Origin: an uncultured Rikenella sp.
GTDB lineage: Bacteria; Bacteroidota; Bacteroidia; Bacteroidales; VadinHA17
Assembly: GCA_964488645.1 (NCBI GenBank)
Contig: CAZAVK010000001.1
Span: 65,215 to 129,214, forward strand
Direction: 5' to 3'
DNA: 64,000 bases
Shown piece after piece: positions 18,950-27,200 of the stretch. Below the pieces are notes generated by a model that did no database searches, had not been told where the DNA came from, and worked only from the letters and a program-made list of their open reading frames with translations. The position numbers and the translations under genes were made by a program. How positions within the stretch are numbered: the first letter of the stretch is position 1; the number at the start of each line of letters is the position of its first letter.

Positions 18950-20425
18950 ATGGACAGATCAGTGACATGTTTCCTGCCTTTTTCTGACAGCGGCTCGCTG
19001 GCAATTACAATGGCATCGCTCAGGGCCTCCGGCCTTGCCGGCAGGATTTTCATCGTGGCTCCCGCTGCCAGCGCGGAGACGGCAGCCATTCCCGGTGCTT
19101 CGGTAATAACGGCAGAGGCGTTTGCCTCCACCGATGCCCTGCGTAAGATGGCTGCAGAGGCGGATACCCCCTGGGTGCTGACCTACGGCAAGGGCTTTCC
19201 GCTCGATATGGGAAAACACTCTCTTGCCAGGATGGTACAGGCATGCAGTGACACAGGTGCCGGGATGCTTTACTCAGACTACTATGAGATGAAGGAGGGA
19301 CGGCTGGCACCCCATCCGGTCATTGATTACCAGGCCGGCAGCCTGCGTGACGACTTCAATTTCGGGTCGGTAATCCTCTGGAATGGTACAGCCTTCAGGG
19401 AGGCCTGCGGCCGGATGGATCGCGACTATGCCTGGGCCGGTCTCTATGATCTGAGGCTGAAGGTGTCACAGAATTATCCGGTGGTGCGACTGCCGGAGCT
19501 GCTCTATACCGAGGTTGAGACTGATACCCGCCGCAGCGGCGAGAAGCAGTTTGACTATGTTGACCCCCGTAACCGTGCGGTGCAGATAGAGATGGAGGAC
19601 GCCTGCACCGATCACCTGAAATGCATTGACGGTTGGCTGCCTCCTGTGTTCAGTGAGGTGCACCTTGATGAGGGGAGCTTTGAGTATGATGCCTCGGTGA
19701 TCATACCGGTAAGGAACAGGGTACGCACCATCGCCGATGCCATCGGCTCGGTACTCAGCCAGAAGAGCCGTTACAGGTTCAACCTGATCATCGTTGACAA
19801 CCACTCCACTGACGGTACCACCGATATCATCAGGTCATTTGCCTCTGACAGCCGGCTGGTGCACATCATTCCGGAGCGCAAGGATCTCGGTATCGGGGGA
19901 TGCTGGAATGAGGCCCTCTTCAGTGAGAAGTGCGGCCGCTTTGCCATACAGCTCGACAGTGATGACCTATATATTGATGATACGGTTGTGGAGCGGATCG
20001 TCAATGCCTTTCATAAGCAGCAGTGCGCCATGGTTGTAGGATCATACCGCATGGTGAACTTCGATCTCAATGTGATCCCTCCCGGCCTGATTGACCACAG
20101 GGAGTGGACGCCTGACAATGGCCGGAACAATGCGCTCAGGATCAACGGCCTGGGAGCGCCGAGAGCCTTCTTCACCCCGCTCTTGCGTACCATCCGCATA
20201 CCCAATGTGAGCTACGGTGAGGATTATGCCGCAGGGCTGGCCGTCAGCCGCCACTATCGTATCGGGCGCATCTATGACCCGCTCTATCTCTGCCGCCGCT
20301 GGGACGAGAACACCGATGCCCTGCTGGATGCAGGAAAGGTCAATGCCAACAACCTCTACAAGGACAGGATAAGAACCATTGAACTGTTGGCGAGGATCAG
20401 ACTGGTAAAGGAGGGCAAACCTTAG
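18950..20425 (+). CDS. Family 2 glycosyltransferase with an extra N-terminal GT-A-like domain
   Basis: C-terminal GT2 core (VIIPVRNRVRTIADAIGSVLSQ, IIVDNHSTDGT, QLDSDD). No signal peptide. The ATG at 18950 lies 1 nt (base 18949) after the upstream stop. Confidence 0.75.
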   Translation: MDRSVTCFLPFSDSGSLAITMASLRASGLAGRIFIVAPAASAETAAIPGASVITAEAFASTDALRKMAAEADTPWVLTYGKGFPLDMGKHSLARMVQACSDTGAGMLYSDYYEMKEGRLAPHPVIDYQAGSLRDDFNFGSVILWNGTAFREACGRMDRDYAWAGLYDLRLKVSQNYPVVRLPELLYTEVETDTRRSGEKQFDYVDPRNRAVQIEMEDACTDHLKCIDGWLPPVFSEVHLDEGSFEYDASVIIPVRNRVRTIADAIGSVLSQKSRYRFNLIIVDNHSTDGTTDIIRSFASDSRLVHIIPERKDLGIGGCWNEALFSEKCGRFAIQLDSDDLYIDDTVVERIVNAFHKQQCAMVVGSYRMVNFDLNVIPPGLIDHREWTPDNGRNNALRINGLGAPRAFFTPLLRTIRIPNVSYGEDYAAGLAVSRHYRIGRIYDPLYLCRRWDENTDALLDAGKVNANNLYKDRIRTIELLARIRLVKEGKP

Positions 20426-20437
20426 GCAGAGAGTGCT

Positions 20438-21376
20438 ATGAGCGACCTTTCTCAGCTTGTGGAGGAGCTTTTTGAGGCACAGTTCACTGAGTGGGAGCTG
20501 GCCCGCAGGAACTATGACCAGCTTGCCGGGGTGAGGGTTCGAACCATCCCTTTCAGCGGCTATGAGATCTCGGTGCAGTTCAATCCCGGCCGCATAACCT
20601 CATCTTCGGCAAAGGTGGATGCCCGGTCGGTTGCCGCACGGCCCTGCTTCCTCTGCAGTGCCAACCGTCCGCCCGAACAGAGGGGCATACCTTTTGGCAA
20701 TGAATGGGTTATACTTGTCAACCCCTTTCCCATCTTCCCGCGTCATCTGACCATTGTATTCAACAGCCATGTGCCCCAGCGTATCGCGGGTAATATGGAT
20801 GATATGCTAGCGATGGCACGCGCCCTTCCCGGTTTTGTAATATTCTACAATGGCCCGCAGTGCGGTGCCTCGGCACCGGATCATCTCCACTTCCAGGCGG
20901 GCAGCAAGGGTTTCCTGCCAATTGAAAGAGATATCTCAGAGAGCTCACTCTGTTCTCCTGTCAGACAATCCGGCTCAACAGAGCTCTCGCTCTGGAGGGG
21001 ATACAACCGGGCCATACTGACCCTGAGGGGGAGTGATGCAGCGGAGATTGTTGCTCTCTCAGAACGTTTTACCGGGCGTTTTGCGCTCCTGCAGCCTGAG
21101 CGGCCCGAGCCGATGCTCAATATCCTAGCCTCTTATGATGAGGCCGGATGGACGGTCCATCTCATTCCCCGGAGAGCCCATCGCCCCGCATGCTACTTCG
21201 CCGAGGGAGATGAAAAGATCCTGCTGAGCCCTGCATCGGTAGACCTGGGGGGTGTCTTTATCACTCCCCGCGAGGAAGATTTCAACAAGATTGCATCAGA
21301 GGATATCCGGAGAATCCTCGGTGAGGTGTGCCTGGCTGAGGAGGATCTGATTTCACTTATAAATGATATGCCATGA
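20438..21376 (+). CDS. DUF4922-like protein, HIT/GalT-superfamily NDP-hexose phosphorylase/nucleotidyltransferase-like
   Basis: HxHxQ motif in the context APDHLHFQAG, as in GDP-L-galactose/GDP-D-glucose phosphorylases. No signal peptide. Confidence 0.55.
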   Translation: MSDLSQLVEELFEAQFTEWELARRNYDQLAGVRVRTIPFSGYEISVQFNPGRITSSSAKVDARSVAARPCFLCSANRPPEQRGIPFGNEWVILVNPFPIFPRHLTIVFNSHVPQRIAGNMDDMLAMARALPGFVIFYNGPQCGASAPDHLHFQAGSKGFLPIERDISESSLCSPVRQSGSTELSLWRGYNRAILTLRGSDAAEIVALSERFTGRFALLQPERPEPMLNILASYDEAGWTVHLIPRRAHRPACYFAEGDEKILLSPASVDLGGVFITPREEDFNKIASEDIRRILGEVCLAEEDLISLINDMP

Positions 21377-22716
21377 TCAGCAAACGTGAACCTGAGATAA
21401 GTGTGGGGATAGTAACGGGAAGCGGTCTCTCATTCACCCTTAACGGTCTCTTCCGGGGTTGTGACGGAACGAGGGAGCTTACCGGGCTCTATACCGTTAT
21501 CGCCGGCAGTGACGGCATGCTTCTTACCGGCGAGGATGTGACCGTCAGGGCCGGTGAGGAGATGACCCTGATACCTGCTGACCCGGAGAGGTGCAGCTTC
21601 ACCCTGCATGCGGTAACCATCGGGGTTGACTTCCACTGGCAGAGAGACGAGGATCAGACCTTCCTGGGCGACCTGAAGCTCATCCTCCGGGGAGGCCGGG
21701 TGACCGCGGTGAATATCCTGCCGGTAGAGAAATACCTGGTCAGCGTTATCTCCTCGGAGATGAGTGCCACCTCATCGGCTGAGCTGCTGAAGGCTCATGC
21801 CGTCATCTCACGCAGCTGGCTGCTGGCACAGATAGACAAGACACTGCGGCTGAGTGAGACAGGCGAGAAGTACCGCACCAGCTTCATCACCCCGGGTGAG
21901 ATAACGCGGTGGTATGACCGTGAAGACCATAAGGATTTTGATGTATGCGCCGATGATCACTGCCAGCGTTACCAGGGCATCACCAGGGCCACCTCCCCGA
22001 TCGTTGAGGAGGCGGTGCGCGAGACGGGCGGCGAAGTGCTCATGTCGGGTGAGTTCATCTGCGATGCCCGCTATTCAAAGTGCTGCGGCGGCATTACCGA
22101 GCTGTTCGAGAATGTATGGGAGCCGGTGCATCACCCCTACCTGACCAGGGTGGTGGATGCCCCTGCCGGCAGTGAGGGGCACTACCCTGACCTTACCATC
22201 GCGGAGAATGCCGCCGGATGGATAACCGGCTCGCCGGAGGCCTTCTGCAACACCACCGATAAGGACATCCTCTCGCAGGTGCTCAACTACTATGACCAGG
22301 AGACAGCCGACTTCTTCAGGTGGAGTGTCAGCTACCGCCAGGATGAGCTGAGCAGCCTGGTCAGGGAGCGTACCGGTATCGACTTCGGCACCATTACCGA
22401 TCTGGAACCTCTTGACAGGGGCGCCTCAGGCCGTATCACCAGGCTGAGGATCACCGGTGACAGGAAGAGCATGGTTATCGGAAAGGAGCTGGAAATCCGC
22501 AAGGCGCTCTCTGCATCACATCTCTACAGCTCTGCATTTATCGTTGAGAAGCATGAGTCACATGAGGGGGTTACCTTTGTGCTGCGCGGTGCCGGATGGG
22601 GACACGGCGTGGGTCTGTGCCAGATAGGCGCCGCGGTGATGGGTGCCACCGGCCATGACTACCGTCAGATACTGTCACACTACTTCAGCGGCTCGGAGTT
22701 GAGAAAAATGTACTGA
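21373..22716 (+). CDS. SpoIID/LytB domain protein
   Basis: Motifs AVISRSWLLAQ, CADDHCQRYQG, RYSKCCGG and GHGVGLCQIGA. ATGA overlap with the upstream gene. Confidence 0.85.
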   Translation: MISKREPEISVGIVTGSGLSFTLNGLFRGCDGTRELTGLYTVIAGSDGMLLTGEDVTVRAGEEMTLIPADPERCSFTLHAVTIGVDFHWQRDEDQTFLGDLKLILRGGRVTAVNILPVEKYLVSVISSEMSATSSAELLKAHAVISRSWLLAQIDKTLRLSETGEKYRTSFITPGEITRWYDREDHKDFDVCADDHCQRYQGITRATSPIVEEAVRETGGEVLMSGEFICDARYSKCCGGITELFENVWEPVHHPYLTRVVDAPAGSEGHYPDLTIAENAAGWITGSPEAFCNTTDKDILSQVLNYYDQETADFFRWSVSYRQDELSSLVRERTGIDFGTITDLEPLDRGASGRITRLRITGDRKSMVIGKELEIRKALSASHLYSSAFIVEKHESHEGVTFVLRGAGWGHGVGLCQIGAAVMGATGHDYRQILSHYFSGSELRKMY

Positions 22717-22717
22717 G

Positions 22718-25192
22718 ATGAGACGTACCGCACTTCTGCTGACGCTCTTCATGACCCTGGCCGCCGGCCTCCATGGAGGGTCCTGGATAAGGATCAACCA
22801 GTTGGGCTACCTGCCCGGCTCGGTGAAGGTGGCGGTCTACCTGTCTGAACAGCCGGCCGCACCTAAGTCATTCACCCTCTGCGATGCCACGACAGGGAGG
22901 GTGGTCTACCGCGGCTCACCGCAGCTCTATGACGGAGCGGTATGGGGTATGGCTGCCGCCGCGAGGCTTGACTTCTCTGCCGTGACCACCCCGGGCGGTT
23001 ATTATCTCCGGTATGGTGATGCCGTCTCAGAGACCTTCCGCATCGGGGCTGATGTCTACAAGGGTACTGCAGATTTCATCCTCAATTATATCAGGCAGCA
23101 GCGGTGCGGTTTCAACCCGTTCCTGGCCGACTCATGCCACCGCTATGACGGGGTGATCGTTGATCACCCGACCCTTTCGGGCAGCGTCATTGATGTCCGC
23201 GGCGGCTACCATGATGCCAGTGATCATCTCCGCTACACAGCGACCACTGCCAACTCGGTCTACCAGATGATGTTTGCCTGGCTGCGGTCGCCTGGAATCT
23301 ACGATGACCGCTATGATGCTGCCGGCCTGCCCGGCGCCAATGGCATCCCCGATATCCTTGATGAGGCCAGGTGGGGCCTCGAATGGTTGCTCAAAATGAA
23401 TCCTGACAGCGGTGTCATGTTCAACCAGGTGGCTGATGACCGTGATCATCAGGGATTCCGTCTTCCCAATCACGACACTGCCGGCGGTTATGGCCTGGGT
23501 CGCTACCGCCCGGTCTATTTCGTTACCGGCAAGCCCCAGGGGCTAGCTGCCTTCAAGAACCGCACCGAAGGGGTTGCCTCTACCGCCGGCAAGTTCGCAT
23601 CGGTCTTTGCCATGGGAGCGAGGCTCTTTGCCGACAGTGACCCTGCGCTGGCCGCCACGATGGCCACCCGTGCCAGGCAGGCGTACGGGTTCGCCCTCAC
23701 CGATCCCGGAGCCACACAGACCGCCTGCAACGTCTCACCCTACTTCTATGAGGAGGACAACTATGTCGATGATCTCGAGCTGGCAGCATGGGAGCTCTAC
23801 CTGCTCACCGGCGAGAGCCGTTACCTGGAGCAGGCTGACTACTGGGGCACCCTTGAGCCGCATACGCCGTGGATAGAGAAGGACACTGCCCGCCATTACC
23901 AGTTCTACCCGTTTGTCAACCTGGGCCACGCCGGGCTGGCTGAGTCAGAGAGCAGGTACTCAGCCAAATACACTGAGTTCCTGCGCAAGGGGCTCTCACT
24001 CATTGATGCACGCCGCACATATGATGTCTTCCAGGTGAAGATACCTTTTGTATGGTGTTCAAACAACTATGTGGCAGCAGCGCTGACGCAGTGCAGGCTT
24101 TACCGTGAGGTGAGCGGCGACACCCGCTATGACTATATGGAGGCTGCCATGCGTGACTGGCTCTTCGGGTGCAATCCGTGGGGCACCTCAATGATCTGCG
24201 GTCTGCCTGAGGGGGGTGACTCTCCCGGGCTGCCGCACTCGGCGGTGACCGTATTCCTCGGTGAGACCACCACCGGCGGGCTGGTTGACGGTCCGATTTA
24301 CAAGGCTATACATGAGAGCCTGCTGGGGCTCACCCTGCTCCGTCCCGATCCCTACGCAGCCTTCCAGGGCGGCCGGCTGGTGTACCACGATGACATCGGT
24401 GACTACAGCACCAATGAGCCCACCCTCGACGGCACCGCCAGCCTCAGTTATTATCTCTCGACTCTCGAGAAGGAGGGGAGAGAGATTTCGGAGAGCCGGC
24501 CCGATGATCTCTATGATTCACAGGGTGCCATGATCAGACGGGGCAGCAGCAGCAAGAATATCTATCTCCTCTTCTCTGCCGATGAACACGGGGAGGGGTT
24601 CGGACACATCCTCGATGTGCTGGCCCGCAGGGGGGCCGGCGGCTCATTCTTTCTCACCGGTAACTTCCTGCGCAACAAGGGTTACCGGGCCACCGTCAGG
24701 CGGATAATCTCTGAAGGACACTATGTGGGGCCACACTCTGACGGCCATCTGCTCTATGTTCCGTGGGATAACCGTGATACCCTGCTGGTCACCAGGGAGC
24801 AGTTCAATGATGATCTGAGGCGTAACATGAGTGAGCTGCGCAGGGCCGGACTGAAGGGTGAGGAGCCCCGCTGGTTCCTGCCGCCCTATGAGTGGTACAA
24901 CCGGGCCATAACCCGCTGGAGCGATGCCATGGGTATGACCCTGATCAACCTGACCCCCGGGACAGCCACCAATGCCGACTATACGGTACCCGGCCAGCCG
25001 GGCTACCGCTCATCTGACCAGCTGATAAACCAGCTGGAGGCATTTGAGGCAGCCTCACCCGGGGGGCTGAACGGGGCATTCATACTCATTCACCCGGGAA
25101 CCGACCCGGAGCGTACCGACAAGCTGTGGATGAGACTCGATGAGATAATAACGCGCTACCAGGAAAAAGGATATCAATTTAAAAGGCTCTGA
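22718..25192 (+). CDS. Secreted glycoside hydrolase family 9 fused to a NodB-type polysaccharide deacetylase domain
   Basis: Signal peptide and an Ig-like N-terminal domain. GH9 motifs GGYHDASDHLRY and STNEPTLDGTA. The C-terminal ~230 aa carry FSADEHG and GPHSDGH deacetylase-like motifs. Confidence 0.8.
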   Translation: MRRTALLLTLFMTLAAGLHGGSWIRINQLGYLPGSVKVAVYLSEQPAAPKSFTLCDATTGRVVYRGSPQLYDGAVWGMAAAARLDFSAVTTPGGYYLRYGDAVSETFRIGADVYKGTADFILNYIRQQRCGFNPFLADSCHRYDGVIVDHPTLSGSVIDVRGGYHDASDHLRYTATTANSVYQMMFAWLRSPGIYDDRYDAAGLPGANGIPDILDEARWGLEWLLKMNPDSGVMFNQVADDRDHQGFRLPNHDTAGGYGLGRYRPVYFVTGKPQGLAAFKNRTEGVASTAGKFASVFAMGARLFADSDPALAATMATRARQAYGFALTDPGATQTACNVSPYFYEEDNYVDDLELAAWELYLLTGESRYLEQADYWGTLEPHTPWIEKDTARHYQFYPFVNLGHAGLAESESRYSAKYTEFLRKGLSLIDARRTYDVFQVKIPFVWCSNNYVAAALTQCRLYREVSGDTRYDYMEAAMRDWLFGCNPWGTSMICGLPEGGDSPGLPHSAVTVFLGETTTGGLVDGPIYKAIHESLLGLTLLRPDPYAAFQGGRLVYHDDIGDYSTNEPTLDGTASLSYYLSTLEKEGREISESRPDDLYDSQGAMIRRGSSSKNIYLLFSADEHGEGFGHILDVLARRGAGGSFFLTGNFLRNKGYRATVRRIISEGHYVGPHSDGHLLYVPWDNRDTLLVTREQFNDDLRRNMSELRRAGLKGEEPRWFLPPYEWYNRAITRWSDAMGMTLINLTPGTATNADYTVPGQPGYRSSDQLINQLEAFEAASPGGLNGAFILIHPGTDPERTDKLWMRLDEIITRYQEKGYQFKRL

Positions 25193-25198
25193 CCCGAT

Positions 25199-27043
25199 AT
25201 GGCTCAACACAGCAGACCCGTCTCGCCATGGACATGGATCCCCTCGCTCTACCTTGCCGAGGGGCTTCCTTATGTGGCGGTGAATATCGTTTCAGTAATC
25301 ATGTACAAGCGCATGGGCATCTCCAATGCCGATATTGCACTCTATACCAGTATGCTCTACCTGCCCTGGGTGATCAAGCCCATCTGGAGCCCGCTGGTTG
25401 ACATGCTGAAGACCAAGCGGTGGTGGATAGTCATCACACAGTTTATCATGGCTATCGGGTTTGCCAGCATAGCCCTTACGATTCCCGCCTCGCTCTTTTT
25501 CAAGATCACCCTTGCCTTCTTCTGGCTGCTGGCCTTTGGCTCGGCCACTCATGACATAGCGGCTGACGGCTTCTATATGCTGGGACTGAACACCAACCAG
25601 CAGGCCAGGTATGTGGGTATCCGAAGCACCTTCTACCGTATAGCCACCATCACCGGTCAGGGGCTCCTGGTCATCCTGGCAGGGTTTCTTGAGAGCTCCT
25701 CGGGGCGGGAGCCGGTCACCCTCTTCATTGAGGCCTCGCCTGCCTGGGTACAGAGCGTGCCGGCCATGCCACAGGCAGGAGAGAGCCCCGGGCGTCCGGG
25801 TGATCTCTGTTTCCTCACCGGCGCCGATACGGTGCAGATTGCTGTACAGAATGTTGACAGGCAGAGCCTGGCCGCCTTGCTCGACTCGGTCAGGAGATCC
25901 AATATCACCAATGGCTTCGTACAGGCTGAGGAGCGGAGCACCAGGAGCAAGGGATGGTGGTCTGCCCATGTGTCAGACCCGTTCGGCGCCTGGATAAGGA
26001 GGAACTTCGGCGAGGAAAGGGAGGTGGCCGAAGAGCTGACCGGCAATGTTGCGGTGGTACCCGTCTGGCTCTCGGGCAGGCCTGAGCCCGGAAAGCGGGT
26101 AGTGCTCAATACCGCCCTGAAGAAAGGCGACCGCAGCCTGGCACTGATTGAGGGTGAGCACCTGGTATTTGATGAGTCGAACTGGAACAGGCCGGCTTTC
26201 ATGGCCTTCCAGGCTGACCCCAAGCTGACCACACACACCACGGCCAGCTATGAGGGGCTCTCGGGCAATATCCCCATGTCATGGTCGGTAACCTTCTTTG
26301 TCCTGGCGGGGCTCTTCTTTGTGGCAAGCTTCTACCATAAGATCGTCCTTCCGCGGCCAGATACCGACAAGCCTCATGAGGACCTCAGGGCGGCCGATGT
26401 ACTGCGTGAGTTCGGACGTACATTCGCCTCCTTCTTCAGGAAGCCACAGGTGGGGATAGCCCTCTTCTTCATGCTGACCTTCCGGTTTGCCGAGGCGCAG
26501 CTGCTGAAGCTGATCAACCCGTTCCTGCTCGACCCGATTGACAGGGGCGGACTGGGACTGACCACCGGTGAGGTGGGGTTTGTATACGGTACGGTGGGGA
26601 TAATCGGATTGACCCTGGGAGGGATACTTGGCGGCTTTGCGGCAGCATGGGGCGGACTGAAGAAGTGGCTCTGGCCAATGACCCTGAGCATGCTGCTGAC
26701 CGCGGCGACATTCCTCTATCTCAGCTATACGCAGACAGACAACATGCTGGTGATCAATATATGTGTATTTATCGAGCAGTTTGGCTACGGCTTCGGGTTC
26801 ACCGCATATATGCTCTACCTGATCTACTTCTCGGAGGGGAAGTACAAGACGGCACACTACGCCATCTGCACCGGCTTCATGGCCCTGGGGATGATGCTGC
26901 CGGGAATGTTCGCAGGATGGCTGCAGGAGCAGCTGGGCTACAACCACTTCTTCATCTGGGTGATGATCTGCAGTATTGTACCGATAGTTGCCGTGTCGCT
27001 CATCAGGATAGATCCCTCATTCGGGAAGAAAGTGACGGAATAG
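25199..27043 (+). CDS. ampG: AmpG-family MFS muropeptide permease with enlarged central loop
   Basis: N-terminal AmpG signature (LYLAEGLPYVAVN ... LYLPWVIKPIWSPLVD). About 12 hydrophobic helices. A ~200 aa hydrophilic insertion sits between the two 6-helix halves. Confidence 0.7.
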   Translation: MAQHSRPVSPWTWIPSLYLAEGLPYVAVNIVSVIMYKRMGISNADIALYTSMLYLPWVIKPIWSPLVDMLKTKRWWIVITQFIMAIGFASIALTIPASLFFKITLAFFWLLAFGSATHDIAADGFYMLGLNTNQQARYVGIRSTFYRIATITGQGLLVILAGFLESSSGREPVTLFIEASPAWVQSVPAMPQAGESPGRPGDLCFLTGADTVQIAVQNVDRQSLAALLDSVRRSNITNGFVQAEERSTRSKGWWSAHVSDPFGAWIRRNFGEEREVAEELTGNVAVVPVWLSGRPEPGKRVVLNTALKKGDRSLALIEGEHLVFDESNWNRPAFMAFQADPKLTTHTTASYEGLSGNIPMSWSVTFFVLAGLFFVASFYHKIVLPRPDTDKPHEDLRAADVLREFGRTFASFFRKPQVGIALFFMLTFRFAEAQLLKLINPFLLDPIDRGGLGLTTGEVGFVYGTVGIIGLTLGGILGGFAAAWGGLKKWLWPMTLSMLLTAATFLYLSYTQTDNMLVINICVFIEQFGYGFGFTAYMLYLIYFSEGKYKTAHYAICTGFMALGMMLPGMFAGWLQEQLGYNHFFIWVMICSIVPIVAVSLIRIDPSFGKKVTE

Positions 27044-27200
27044 TATTGTAAATTACGGGGCGTTAAAGATTACAGCGATGAGTGCAATAACGCCGGACTG
27101 ACAGAGTAGAATTATGCAGCGGAGTGTATGAAATTGCTGCCATGATTGCAATATCACCGGATTGACTGAATAGAATTGTAAATTGCGGGGTATATGAAAC
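27038..27200. repeat. Three degenerate tandem copies (66/64/partial bp) spanning the ampG stop to the next gene's start
   Basis: Units start at 27038, 27104 and 27168 (GAATAGTATTGTAAATTACGGGG / GAGTAGAATT... / GAATAGAATTGTAAATTGCGGGG). Units 2 and 3 share GCGG.GT.TATGAAA. Confidence 0.6.

Noticed and set aside
27038-27200. Possible CRISPR-like or mobile-element repeat
   Set aside because: There are only three degenerate, directly abutting units with no unique spacers and no cas, transposase or inverted terminal repeats nearby. I treated it as a local tandem repeat.
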